Assembly (NCBI GenBank): GCA_002009975.1
Contig: MTLP01000017.1
Location: forward strand, 1-49,873
Direction: 5' to 3'
DNA from: Thermococcus sp. JdFR-02
GTDB taxonomy: Archaea > Methanobacteriota_B > Thermococci > Thermococcales > Thermococcaceae
DNA length: 49,873 nucleotides
Below the pieces are notes generated by a model. That model was not told the origin of the DNA. It ran no database searches and saw nothing but the letters and a program-made list of their open reading frames with translations. This document shows, in pieces, positions 11,882 through 21,991 of the stretch (its first letter is position 1; each line of letters opens with the position of its first letter). The translations under genes and the position numbers were made by a program.

Positions 11882-12879
11882 ACACCTCTCTCCTCCAAGC
11901 GAACCTCGAGCTTATCAATCTCTAAACCTCTCATTGGCTCTCCTAAGTCTTTACTTATCTCGGCTATCACATCTGGCTCATCATAGTGATTAACAGCCTC
12001 AACTATTGCTCTCGCCATTTTTTCCGGATTTGAGCTCTTGAATATTCCACTTCCAACAAAAACTCCATCCATACCCATTTGCATCATTAGTGCGGCATCT
12101 GCAGGTGTTGCTACTCCTCCAGCGGCAAAGTTAACTACTGGCAACCTTTGCAATTTCTTAATCTCAAGAAGAATCTTGTAAATGCCATCAACTATTTCTT
12201 GGTAGGTGTATTCTTCATAAACGGGTCCATTCTCTAATATTTTAGGTTCCAATCCGCTTATCTGTCTAATATCTAAGATCAGTCTTAGGTAAGGTTCGGC
12301 AAACTTCCTAGCTATGACATAAATTTGGTCATCATTTAGGCGTTTTAAAAGCTTAATGTTCTTATTAACTAAATGTATATGTCTTACAGCTTCAACAATG
12401 TTTCCTGTTCCTGCTTCTCCCTTAGTTCTAATCATTGCTGCACCTTCCCAAATTCTCCTTACGGCTTCACCTAAATTCCTTGCACCACAGACAAACGGAA
12501 CTTTGAATTTTCTCTTATCTACGTGGAAGTAGGAATCAGCTGGCGTTAAAACTTCGCTTTCATCAATCATGTCAACACCCAAAGCCTCTAAGGCATATGC
12601 CTCTCCATAATGCCCGATTCTAATCTTTGCCATTACTGGAATTGTAACAGCATCCATGATTTCTTCAATTTTCTTTGGGTCTGCCATTCTAGCAACGCCA
12701 CCAGCTTTTCTTATATCTGCTGGCACTTTCTCTAAAGCCATAACCGCAACAGCACCAGCTTCTTCTGCAATTTGAGCTTGCTCTGCATTGGTCACATCCA
12801 TAATAACTCCGCCTTTAACCATTTTTGCAAATCCCCTTTTCAAACGCTCAGTTCCCTTTTGTTCAATAACTTCAAACAT
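11878..12879 (-). CDS. pdxS: PLP synthase synthase subunit
   Basis: [18 protein letters not shown] and [12 protein letters not shown] motifs; ATG at 12879 follows a GGTGGTGG RBS. Confidence 0.97.
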   Translation of the reverse strand: MFEVIEQKGTERLKRGFAKMVKGGVIMDVTNAEQAQIAEEAGAVAVMALEKVPADIRKAGGVARMADPKKIEEIMDAVTIPVMAKIRIGHYGEAYALEALGVDMIDESEVLTPADSYFHVDKRKFKVPFVCGARNLGEAVRRIWEGAAMIRTKGEAGTGNIVEAVRHIHLVNKNIKLLKRLNDDQIYVIARKFAEPYLRLILDIRQISGLEPKILENGPVYEEYTYQEIVDGIYKILLEIKKLQRLPVVNFAAGGVATPADAALMMQMGMDGVFVGSGIFKSSNPEKMARAIVEAVNHYDEPDVIAEISKDLGEPMRGLEIDKLEVRLEERGV

Positions 12880-13009
12880 AGCCACCACCTAAACTCAAGT
12901 TAAACTTTTCAATATATTTCAAGTTAAAACTTGAATAAAAAGATTTCCCAAAACACTTTTAATCCAAATGCTAAAACTAAGTTTTGGAAAATAATAACTT
13001 GGTGATAAA

Positions 13010-14315
13010 GATGACACAAATTGAAGAGGCAAAAAAGGGAAATATTACGGAAGAAATGAAATACATTGCTGAAAAAGAGGGAATTAAAGTTGAAGAGCTT
13101 AGAAAAAACGTCGCTAAAGGTTACACTGTCATTTTTAGAAATGTAAAGCATGATTGGGTAAAACCGGTTGCAGTTGGAAGGGGAGTTAGGGTTAAGATTA
13201 ACGCAAACATTGGAACTTCAAGAGATATAGTAAATCTTGAGGAAGAAATAGAGAAGGCAAAAATAGCAGTAAAATATGGTGCTGACACTATTATGGACTT
13301 ATCAACGGGCGGAGACTTGGATGAAATTAGAAAAGCAATTATGAACGCTGTAAATGTTCCCATTGGAACAGTTCCAATTTATCAAGCAGCTGAAGAGCAA
13401 CTAAGAAAGGGTAGGGCAATCATTGAGATGACCGAAGATGATATGTGGAATGCAGTAGAAAAGCACTTCAAAGATGGTGTTGACTACACAACAATCCACG
13501 TTGGAGTTACAAAAGAAGTCGTAGAAAAGATGAAAAGGATTAAGAGAGTTGTTGGAATGGTTTCAAGAGGCGGCACTTTCTTAGCGGCTTGGATTCTCCA
13601 TTGGGAGGAAGAGAACCCGTTCTATAAGAACTACGACTACCTCTTAGAGCTTGCTAAGGAATATGACGTGGTTTTAAGTTTAGGCGATGGTTTAAGACCC
13701 GGTGGCTTACCAGATGCTGGTGATGAATTACAAATGAGTGAGCTTTTTACACTAGGACGTTTGGTAAGAAGAGCGAGAGAGTTTGGAGTCCAAACTATGG
13801 TTGAGGGTCCGGGACACGTGCCAATAGACCAGATACCAATGCAAATAAAAATAGCAAAAGTTGCAACTGATAATGCTCCTTTCTATGTATTAGGTCCATT
13901 AGTTACGGACATATTTCCCGGTTATGACCACATAGTCGGGGCAATTGGAGGGGCTATAGCCGCTTTAAGTGGAGCCGACTTTTTATGTTATGTAACTCCA
14001 TCAGAACATTTGGGATTGCCAGATAAAGAGCACGTTCGTTTAGGTGTCATTGCCTCAAAAATAGCTGCCCATGCTGTAAATTTAACACGCTTTGAAAGCG
14101 ATTACAAAAAGGACTACCTAATGAGCTTAGCAAGGGGTTCATTAAACTGGACAACGCAGTTTGAGATTGCAATGGACAAAGAAAAATTCATAGAGATTAG
14201 AAAGGAGAGACCCACTTCAACTGAAGCCTGTAGCATGTGCGGCGATTTGTGTGCGATAAAACTCATCAATGAAATGCTTAGAGAAAAGGGTGAAGCCGAT
14301 GGAGCTTATCTATAA
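13010..14315 (+). CDS. thiC: Phosphomethylpyrimidine (HMP-P) synthase
   Basis: NANIGTS, DTIMDLSTGG, SRGG, EGPGHVP and C-terminal CSMCGDLC Fe-S motif; likely start MTQIEEA near 13011 (approximate). Confidence 0.97.
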
Positions 14316-14958
14316 GGGAAAGACAAAAGACGTTTATAAAGATGGCGAGTTTTTGATTTTTTATTTTAAAGACACCATTCTAGGGTTTGAGGATAGAGAG
14401 GACACAGGAGGAAACAAAGTAATTGGTGAAAGGCAAGGAAAAGGAAGTGCAGTTTTAAAACAAACAGCATTTTTCTTTAAGCTCTTAAATGAGAGGGGAA
14501 TAAAAACACATTTTGTTGAGAAGATTGATGAGAGAAAGGCAAAGTTTTTGAAAGCTGAAAAAATTCCTCTTGAGGTCATTTACCGCTACAAAGCTTATGG
14601 AAGTTTCTTAAGGCGCTATGGCGAGTTTGTAAAGCCTCTTCAAGAGCTGAACATTGTTGAGCTCACATTAAAAAGCGATGCTTTAGGCGATCCTCTAATC
14701 TGTGAAGAAGCCATAGAAAAGCTCAACATTGCAACAAAAGAGGAAATTCAAATCATGAAAGAGGTTACAAGAAAAGTAGCTCAAATTCTAAAGGAGTTCT
14801 TCCAAAATAAAGGCTTAGAAATCATTGACTTTAAGCTTGAGTTTGGGAGGAAAAATGGCGAACTTTTGATTATTGATGAGATAAGTGGAGATACTATGAG
14901 AGTGATGAAAAATGGGAAGCTTTTAAGCCAAGAGGAGCTTTTAGAGGTGATTGGATGA
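14299..14958 (+). CDS. purC: SAICAR synthetase paralog (short PurC-like)
   Basis: YKGKTKDVY, FKD, IPLEV, DFKLEFG and DEISGDTMR motifs. Confidence 0.85.
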   Translation: MELIYKGKTKDVYKDGEFLIFYFKDTILGFEDREDTGGNKVIGERQGKGSAVLKQTAFFFKLLNERGIKTHFVEKIDERKAKFLKAEKIPLEVIYRYKAYGSFLRRYGEFVKPLQELNIVELTLKSDALGDPLICEEAIEKLNIATKEEIQIMKEVTRKVAQILKEFFQNKGLEIIDFKLEFGRKNGELLIIDEISGDTMRVMKNGKLLSQEELLEVIG

Positions 14959-15887
14959 TAACCTCAACAATAGCTTCACATTCAGCTCTCCAGATAATTC
15001 AAGGTGCAAAAAAAGAAGGTTTCAAAACTCGTCTGTATGTCTCACCAAAGAGGAAGCCCTTTTATGCTTCACTCCCATTACTTGATGAACTTAGAGTAAC
15101 AGAGGATATGAGCAAAATCCTATATGACGAGGGAATAATAATCCCCCATGGTTCTTTTGTAGCTTATCTTGGGATTGAAAATATTGAACGCTCAAAGGCA
15201 AAATTCTTCGGAAATAAGCGATTTTTAAAATGGGAAACAAAGTTCGAATTAGTTAATAAAGCTTTGAAAAAAGCTAACATCCCACAGGTTGAAAGCTTTG
15301 ATTTAAGCGAAGTAAAAGATAACGAGCTTTATTTTGTTAGAATTGAAGGACCAAAAGGAGGGAGTGAACACTTTATCGCTTATGGAAGAGATCTTGAGGA
15401 GAAACTTAAAAATGTCAGGACACCATATAAAATCGAGCGCTTTATAGATGGCATTTTTATCTATGTGCACTTTTTCTATTCACCAATTAAAGAAAGGCTT
15501 GAGTTAATGGGAGTTGATGAGCGATTGGTAATAGCAGATGCGAACAAGAGAAGGCCATTTAAAGCTTTACCCTACACAATAGTTGGAAACAAGCTAATTG
15601 TCCTTAGAGAGTCATTAATTCCAGAAATTTATGACTATGGCTTAGCCTTCGTTGAGGCAATGCATAACTTAGAAAAACCAGGTATAATTGGACCTTTTGC
15701 TTTGCATTTTGCTTATGATGGTGAATTTCACTGCATAGGCTTTGCTTCTCGTATAGACGGTGGAAGCAACGTTAATCACTGGTATTCTTCACTTTACAAT
15801 GGCGAGGAAATAATGATGGGACTAAGAATAGCGAGAGAAATTAGGTTAGCTTTGGAGGAAGAACGCTTAGATGAGGTGATAACATGA
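14955..15887 (+). CDS. Divergent PurP-like ATP-grasp protein
   Basis: [15 protein letters not shown] and LRESL retained; the C-terminal motif has diverged to SRIDGGSN. Confidence 0.85.
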   Translation: MITSTIASHSALQIIQGAKKEGFKTRLYVSPKRKPFYASLPLLDELRVTEDMSKILYDEGIIIPHGSFVAYLGIENIERSKAKFFGNKRFLKWETKFELVNKALKKANIPQVESFDLSEVKDNELYFVRIEGPKGGSEHFIAYGRDLEEKLKNVRTPYKIERFIDGIFIYVHFFYSPIKERLELMGVDERLVIADANKRRPFKALPYTIVGNKLIVLRESLIPEIYDYGLAFVEAMHNLEKPGIIGPFALHFAYDGEFHCIGFASRIDGGSNVNHWYSSLYNGEEIMMGLRIAREIRLALEEERLDEVIT

Positions 15888-16480
15888 AATACGTTGGAAG
15901 AATGCTAGGTGTTGGGCTAAAAGGTGGCAAACCTTTCGCTTTTTACCGCGTCAGCTCTCGCTCCTTTCCCAATAGAAAAGCAGAACTTAAAGGAGACGAA
16001 GTTGCTGTGCTCAATCTAATGGAAACAACAAATCCATACGTAAGCTATACAGCAGTGAAGATTTTTAGAGAGTATGCCGTAGTTAGCAACGGTTCTCATA
16101 CCACTTTCATTGCTCAGGCTTTGGAGTGGGAAACTCCTAAAAAAGCTCTAATTCATGTTTTAGATGCTATGGATTACGAGAGAGATTCACTAAACACTCC
16201 AAGGATTGCGGGAATAATCCAAAGGGATAAAGATGAGGCATTTTTAGGATTTGCGGGAAAAGACGAGTTTTGGGTGAAAAAAGTTAAGCTTGAGGAAGGA
16301 AAGGCATTTTTTACCGCTACATATAACGTAGAAGGGATTAAAGTAATGAGCATAGAGTTTAAAGACGAAAATGACCTAGCTGAAAAAGTTTTAGAATTAA
16401 AATTTACCCACCCTGTCTTGGCTATTGGGATTGTTGATTTTGGGGATAAGTTCAAAATAGGAATAAAAAACAAAAATTAA
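15884..16480 (+). CDS. purO: Archaeal IMP cyclohydrolase
   Basis: YVGR, YRVSSRSFPNR, NPYVSY, SNGSHT and DYERDSLNTPRIAG motifs. Confidence 0.95.
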   Translation: MKYVGRMLGVGLKGGKPFAFYRVSSRSFPNRKAELKGDEVAVLNLMETTNPYVSYTAVKIFREYAVVSNGSHTTFIAQALEWETPKKALIHVLDAMDYERDSLNTPRIAGIIQRDKDEAFLGFAGKDEFWVKKVKLEEGKAFFTATYNVEGIKVMSIEFKDENDLAEKVLELKFTHPVLAIGIVDFGDKFKIGIKNKN

Positions 16481-16935
16481 ACATCCTTTATTTTCTTCCT
16501 CAAATTCGCCATCTCTAACGCTGCCAAAGCATACTCAAAGCCTTTATTTGATTTTATTCCAGCCCTATCAAGTCCTTGCAACTCATCATCAACGGTTATA
16601 ACACCAAATATAACGGGAGTTTCGTAGGTTAAGTTTACATGGGCAATTCCTTTGGCAACTTCATTAGCAACCAACTCGAAGTGATACGTTTCCCCTTTAA
16701 CGACAGCCCCCAATGCTAAAATAGCATCGTATTTACCTTTTTTTGCTAGTTCTTTTGTAATAAATGGGATTTCAAAGGCTCCAGGGACTTTAAAAATGTC
16801 CACGTCTTTAACACCATGTCTCTTAAAACAGTCCAATGCCCCATCTAAAAGCTCCTTAGTCAACAAGTCATTAAATCTGCTTATAACCACACCTATTTTC
16901 AAGCCTTCGCCCTTATATTCGCCTTCATAAATCAT
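16477..16935 (-). CDS. ribH: 6,7-dimethyl-8-ribityllumazine synthase
   Basis: SRFN, VPGAFEIP, GETYHFE and NKG motifs. Confidence 0.96.
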   Translation of the reverse strand: MIYEGEYKGEGLKIGVVISRFNDLLTKELLDGALDCFKRHGVKDVDIFKVPGAFEIPFITKELAKKGKYDAILALGAVVKGETYHFELVANEVAKGIAHVNLTYETPVIFGVITVDDELQGLDRAGIKSNKGFEYALAALEMANLRKKIKDV

Positions 16936-18110
16936 CCTTTTCCCTCCAGAAGTGGTTTTAGATTATGACCAAGCTTAAGCATCTTAGCCTCTAAATAAGG
17001 CTTGTTAATCTCATTAACCTCCCCAAAAATCGGGATAACCTCAACAACCTCTATACCAAACTCCTCCAAAGCCTTAACCTTCCTTGGATTGTTAGTCAAA
17101 AGCCTAACTTTTGAGACACCTAAAGCCTTGAGCATTTGATATGCAATGCTAAAGTCTCTTTCATCTTCACTGAAGCCAAGCATTTTATTTGCTTCAAACG
17201 TGTCAAAGCCCTTATCTTGAAGTTCATAGGCCCTGATTTTGTTCTTTAGACCAATGCCTCTTCCTTCTTGCCTTAGATAAAGTAAAATCCCTCCTTCCTG
17301 AGCTATCATTTTTAGAGCATTTGCTAATTGGCTTCCACAGTCGCACTTTAGAGAAGCTAAAGTGTCACCAGTCAAACATTCTGAGTGGAGCCTAACTAAT
17401 GGAACATCATAAGGTTCTTTAACTATAGCTACATGCTCCTTAAAGTCAAGCTCATTCTCAAAGGCAACTATCTTAAAGGTTCCGTATTTGCTGGGGAGCT
17501 TTGCTTGAGCAAAAACTTTAACAAAACATTTTTTCCTTACAACTTCTTTAAACACCTCTTTGATTGTAACCATCGGCAAATCGTGCTTTTTAGCAAAATT
17601 CCTTATGAATTCAAAGTTGTGGGAATTCCCTTCTTCATCTAAAAGCTCTATTATCACTGCATACCTCTTAAATCCAAGCATTTCAACTAGTTCAAGAGAT
17701 GCTTCAGTGTGTCCTTTCCTTTTATTTATCCCAATCCCACCCAAAAGGTGCAGATGACCAGGATAGCGGAAGTGCTTAATATCCAATCCCTCGGCAATCT
17801 TTTTAGCAGTTAAAGCTCTCTCTTCTGCACTAATTCCCGTGAATGTTTCCTTATAGTCAACGCTAATTAAAAAGTTCGTCTCGTTGTTCTTGGAAGGCAA
17901 CTTGAAAAAGCCCCTCTTTAGAGCCTCCTCTTCATCCATAGCTAAGCATAGCATTCCCTTAGCTTGGAGCATAAAGTTTATCACTTCAGCGTTTGCAAGC
18001 TCGGCTGGATAAATTAGATCAGCTTCAACTTCCCTTTCTTCGTCAATTAGAATTATTGGTTTACCTTCAAGAAGGCTTTTCCTAAGCTTTTCCAAGTCCA
18101 TATCTATCAC
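16932..18110 (-). CDS. ribBA: Bifunctional DHBP synthase / GTP cyclohydrolase II
   Basis: TGISA, PGH and GHTEA (RibB); RLHSECLTGD, CDCG, QEGRGIGL and LLTNNP (RibA). Confidence 0.96.
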   Translation of the reverse strand: MIDMDLEKLRKSLLEGKPIILIDEEREVEADLIYPAELANAEVINFMLQAKGMLCLAMDEEEALKRGFFKLPSKNNETNFLISVDYKETFTGISAEERALTAKKIAEGLDIKHFRYPGHLHLLGGIGINKRKGHTEASLELVEMLGFKRYAVIIELLDEEGNSHNFEFIRNFAKKHDLPMVTIKEVFKEVVRKKCFVKVFAQAKLPSKYGTFKIVAFENELDFKEHVAIVKEPYDVPLVRLHSECLTGDTLASLKCDCGSQLANALKMIAQEGGILLYLRQEGRGIGLKNKIRAYELQDKGFDTFEANKMLGFSEDERDFSIAYQMLKALGVSKVRLLTNNPRKVKALEEFGIEVVEVIPIFGEVNEINKPYLEAKMLKLGHNLKPLLEGKG

Positions 18111-18651
18111 CCAAAATACCCTTCAAATATCTCGCAACAACGTCTATCTCATAATTCACTTCATCTCCAATTCTTAGAAACCTCAGATTGGTATTTTCCC
18201 ATGTATAAGGAATCACCTGTACCCAAAATTGATTTTTATCAACTTTAGCTATTGTCAAGCTTATTCCATTCAAAGCTATGCTTCCCTTTTCTACTATGGC
18301 AAATCTCTCTTTAGGCATTTCAAAGGACAGCCAATAGGTTTTTCCTCTCTTTAGAATTTTCTTTAGCTTTAAGGTCCCGTCAATGTGTCCAGTAACTAAA
18401 TGTCCATCAATTCTATAGCCAAGCTTCAAAGCTCTTTCAAGGTTGACAACTTTTGCTTTAGCCAAGTTGGTTCTTTTTAACGTCTCTTCACCAATATCAA
18501 AGACTATATAATCTCTAATATCACTAACAGTTAAGCATGCCCCATTGACGGCTACACTGTCCCCTAAGTTTACGTCTATCACTTTTTCAACGAACAGTTT
18601 CCCATTAGAGAATTTAGCTTTTGCAACAGCTTCAATTATTCCTGAGAACAT
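18082..18651 (-). CDS. ribE: Riboflavin synthase (bacterial alpha-chain type)
   Basis: MFSGII, GDSVAVNGACLT, VNLERA, GHLVTGHID and KGSIALNGISLT motifs. Confidence 0.95.
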   Translation of the reverse strand: MFSGIIEAVAKAKFSNGKLFVEKVIDVNLGDSVAVNGACLTVSDIRDYIVFDIGEETLKRTNLAKAKVVNLERALKLGYRIDGHLVTGHIDGTLKLKKILKRGKTYWLSFEMPKERFAIVEKGSIALNGISLTIAKVDKNQFWVQVIPYTWENTNLRFLRIGDEVNYEIDVVARYLKGILGDRYGLGKA

Positions 18652-19679
18652 GGCTTCGCCTCCACGTAAAGGCTATCTCTAAAGCTTTCAAACTTTAGAA
18701 ATTCGACTTTAAAAGCATCACTAACCTTATCAACGTTTAAACATTCAAAAGGGGAAATTCCTTTACCAAAGAGCTTATTTCCATAAAACAAATGCAGTTT
18801 ATTAGCGAAGGGCAAAAACTGACATGCTATCCTTCCACCTTCGATTAAAACGCTATCTATTCCTTTTTCGCCAAGGATTTTTAATATTCTTCCGGGATTC
18901 GTTTCCCTAATGACTTCTGCATTATTCCACTCTTTTTCGCTCTTGGTGAATACTATGACCTTCCCATTCTTAAACGCCCTAAAATTTCCATTAGCAGTTA
19001 ATCCATGCCTATCAAGGATTACTTTCACCTTTTCAGTGCATCCTTCTATTCTACAAGTTAGTTTTGGATCGTCTTTAAGAATCGTATTAGCTCCAACCAT
19101 TATTGCCATATACTTTTTCCTGAGCTCCTGAACTTTCTCCCTTGCTTTTTTGCCAGTAATCCATTTTGAGGAGAAGGTCTTTGTTGCAATAAAACCGTCT
19201 AAGGTCAAAGCAAGTTTTATGGCTACAAAAGGCGTTTTTGTTGTTATGTACTTTAGAAATATCTCATTCAACTTTCTTGCCTCTTCTTTAAGAATACCAA
19301 CTTTAACTTCAATGCCCGCTTTTTTGAGCTTTTCAATGCTTTTTCCATTAACCAATGGATTAGGGTCTTCCATTGCTATTACAACTCTTGAGAAGCCTTC
19401 CTTTATTATTCTATCAACACAAGGAGGCTGCTTACCCCAATGAGAACAAGGCTCTAAAGTAACATACATTGTTGCTCCTTCAAGGGAATGACCTTTGCTT
19501 TTTGCATCTTCTATAGCGTTAACTTCCGCATGCTTATCCCCAAAATATTGATGATAACCCTTGCCAATTACTTTTCCATCTTTAACTATAACCGCTCCAA
19601 CCATCGGATTTGGATTTACCCCTCCCTCTCCTTTTTTGGCTAACTCCAAAGCTAGGCTCATGAAGTATTCATCGTTCAT
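18636..19679 (-). CDS. ribD: Bifunctional pyrimidine deaminase/reductase
   Basis: PNPMVG, HAE, TLEPCSHWGKQPPC, SKWITG and IEGG motifs. Confidence 0.96.
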   Translation of the reverse strand: MNDEYFMSLALELAKKGEGGVNPNPMVGAVIVKDGKVIGKGYHQYFGDKHAEVNAIEDAKSKGHSLEGATMYVTLEPCSHWGKQPPCVDRIIKEGFSRVVIAMEDPNPLVNGKSIEKLKKAGIEVKVGILKEEARKLNEIFLKYITTKTPFVAIKLALTLDGFIATKTFSSKWITGKKAREKVQELRKKYMAIMVGANTILKDDPKLTCRIEGCTEKVKVILDRHGLTANGNFRAFKNGKVIVFTKSEKEWNNAEVIRETNPGRILKILGEKGIDSVLIEGGRIACQFLPFANKLHLFYGNKLFGKGISPFECLNVDKVSDAFKVEFLKFESFRDSLYVEAKPCSQE

Positions 19680-19763
19680 AACCCATCGATAATCTGATTA
19701 ATGTTCCAAATTTAAAAAATTTTGTTCTAAAAATGGAACATTTTTAAGATAAAATAAAAGCAG

Positions 19764-20594
19764 TTAACCCTTAATAATCTCCAAACTAACATCAAAGTTT
19801 TTAACAGAATGAGTTAACGCTCCAAGGCTTATTACGTCAATATCAAGCTTAGCATAGCTTTGAATGTTCTCCTCAGTTATGCCGCCACTCACCTCAATTT
19901 TCACTTTCTCTCTTAGACCTTCTCTTTTTAGAGCTTCAAGCGTTTCTCTTATCTGTTCTGGCGTCATGTTATCGAGCATTATAACGTCAGCGCCGAGCTT
20001 AGCGGCTTTTATGGCATCTTCTAAGCTCTCAACTTCAACCTCAACAACTTTATAGATGCTGAATTCCTTTGCCCTCTTAATTGCATCTTCAAGAGGTACT
20101 AAAGCTAAGTGATTGTCCTTGATTAAAATCGCATCGCTTAAGGAAAATCTATGCATTTCACCACAACCTAAAAGGATTGCTTTCTTGTCAAGGGGCTTTA
20201 GAAGTGTTTTCCTCGTTCCTGCTACCCTCACTTTTGGATTAACGCTTTTAACTTTCTCGACTAATTTCCTTGTTTGCGTTGCTATTCCGCTCATTCTACC
20301 AATTATATTTAAAGCCGTTCTTTCAACAAGCAAAATCTTTCTAGCGTTTCCTTCAAGTTTCATCAAAATTTGCTCTTTCTCAACTTTTTCGCCATCTTTA
20401 ACTTTCTGCTTAACTTTAACATCAAAGTGCTCAAAGAGAAGCCTAGCTTCCTCTAAACCCGCTATTACTCCACTCTGCTTTGCAATTATGATTGCTTTAG
20501 CGTTTAAATCTTCCGGGATTACGGCTTCACTTGTTACATCGCCAAAAGGAGCGTCTTCTTCCAAAAAGCGAAGGAGATAAGAGAGAGAAATCAT
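19764..20594 (-). CDS. nadC: Quinolinate phosphoribosyltransferase
   Basis: GDVTS, ERTALN, GTRKT, HRFSLSDAILIKDNH, EVEV and MLDN motifs. Confidence 0.97.
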   Translation of the reverse strand: MISLSYLLRFLEEDAPFGDVTSEAVIPEDLNAKAIIIAKQSGVIAGLEEARLLFEHFDVKVKQKVKDGEKVEKEQILMKLEGNARKILLVERTALNIIGRMSGIATQTRKLVEKVKSVNPKVRVAGTRKTLLKPLDKKAILLGCGEMHRFSLSDAILIKDNHLALVPLEDAIKRAKEFSIYKVVEVEVESLEDAIKAAKLGADVIMLDNMTPEQIRETLEALKREGLREKVKIEVSGGITEENIQSYAKLDIDVISLGALTHSVKNFDVSLEIIKG

Positions 20595-20607
20595 TTTTAT
20601 TCACCTC

Positions 20608-21933
20608 CTAAACATTCAAACAGGCTAAAAATATTGGCGCTGGAACCATTAGAGGATTAGCAGAGTACTGGTTTTTAGATAACGTAACAACATTCTTTAT
20701 CTTTCCAACCTTAACCTTTGAAGGATTTGCTCTCCTCTTCCATTTAACTTCAAAACCAAGCATATTCTCTTTTACAACAACATCTATTTCAGTTCCGTTT
20801 TTCCAATATCCAATCTCATGTTTCCTTGCTAAATGCGAAGCAACAACACTTTCAACTATCTTGGCTTTTTCCGGTTCCTCAATTAAGCACCATCTTGAGA
20901 ACATTTTATAAAAAAGGGGATCTATAAAGTGAATTTTCTTTTCCTTTCTAAATAATATCTCCCCATTGTTCGGATTAAGATACGGGAGAACTTTGAGAAT
21001 GAACATTTTTTCAAGCAAGTCTATATAATAAAACACTGTTTTATGTGAACCAACTTCAATCTCTTTAGCTATTGTATGCCAGCTGAGTGGAGAAGGAATC
21101 TTTTTAAGGAGTGCTTTAATTATTCTTCTTGCAGTGCTTTCATTCTTATAAAGTCTCGCTAAATCGCCTCTAATCCAGCTTAAGTAAGTTTCATAAACTT
21201 CTCCCTTTACAAAACCATTTTCCAAGATTGATTTAACTGCCAGTGGAAAACCTCCACTCCTCAAATACATCTCAAATAGTTTGTATATCTCATCACTCCA
21301 AGGCATTAACTTAAAACACTTCTCTCTTATCTCTTTGTCATTGAGTTCTTTTAATGGTTCGATTTTATTGTAAAGTTCTTCATCGGCGACTTTAATGAAT
21401 TCTCTGAAGCTTAGAGGATACATAGTAAAGTCTTTTCCTCTTCCCCTTCTTCCGGGAAACGTTTCGACTTCTCCTTTTACATGCATACTCAACGAACCCG
21501 TTAAAACTAAAACATCATTTCTTGTTTTTCCCATGTCAATATAGAGTTTTATAGCCCTGAACCAATCCTTTGGAAATGTTATCTCATCTAAAAAGATATA
21601 TGAACTTTCAATTCCTTCTATTTTCCTAAATTCGAAGTACTCTTCCAACGCTTCCATAAGCTCTTTGTAGTCACCTAAATAATCACACCTCAAGTAGAAG
21701 ATTGCTTTTGGATCTACACCCTTCTCAAGAAGCGAGTTAATTAGTAGCTTTATAAGTGTCGTTTTTCCAACCTGTCTTGGCCCAAAGACAAAGTGGAGGG
21801 AAAAGGGTTTCAAGCTTATCTGTTCGGCTAATTTGGGAATCCATTTTACCTTGCTTTCATTCCATTTTCTGAAGTCTTCATCTTCAGCTATGTGCTCCTT
21901 CCCCTTCCACCATGGATTAAATGTCTCGATCAT
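20608..21933 (-). CDS. AAA+ ATPase (AAA_14/DUF4143-type) with C-terminal PD-(D/E)XK-like domain
   Basis: Walker A GPRQVGKTT, Walker B IFLDEI, LTGS, GGFP and C-terminal EIDVV...FEVKW; probable leaderless start at 21933. Confidence 0.85.
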   Translation of the reverse strand: MIETFNPWWKGKEHIAEDEDFRKWNESKVKWIPKLAEQISLKPFSLHFVFGPRQVGKTTLIKLLINSLLEKGVDPKAIFYLRCDYLGDYKELMEALEEYFEFRKIEGIESSYIFLDEITFPKDWFRAIKLYIDMGKTRNDVLVLTGSLSMHVKGEVETFPGRRGRGKDFTMYPLSFREFIKVADEELYNKIEPLKELNDKEIREKCFKLMPWSDEIYKLFEMYLRSGGFPLAVKSILENGFVKGEVYETYLSWIRGDLARLYKNESTARRIIKALLKKIPSPLSWHTIAKEIEVGSHKTVFYYIDLLEKMFILKVLPYLNPNNGEILFRKEKKIHFIDPLFYKMFSRWCLIEEPEKAKIVESVVASHLARKHEIGYWKNGTEIDVVVKENMLGFEVKWKRRANPSKVKVGKIKNVVTLSKNQYSANPLMVPAPIFLACLNV

Positions 21934-21988
21934 ATTGGTAATTATATTACCAATCATTTAAAAAGATATTGGTAATGAGATTACCAAT
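21934..21988. promoter_or_regulatory. Twin 21-bp palindromes ATTGGTAAT-N3-ATTACCAAT flanking a TATA box
   Basis: Copies at 21934-21954 and 21968-21988; TTTTTAAA (minus strand) lies between them. Confidence 0.8.
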
Positions 21989-21991
21989 TGA

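Noticed and set aside
12200-12330. About 40-aa insertion in PdxS relative to bacterial enzymes
   Set aside because: No intein motifs; as I recall it is a normal feature of Thermococcales PdxS.
12918-12935. Possible SurR sites (GTT-N3-AAC) at pdxS and gdhA
   Set aside because: The observed spacing is N2 (GTTaaAAC, GTTgaAAC), which does not match the SurR consensus.
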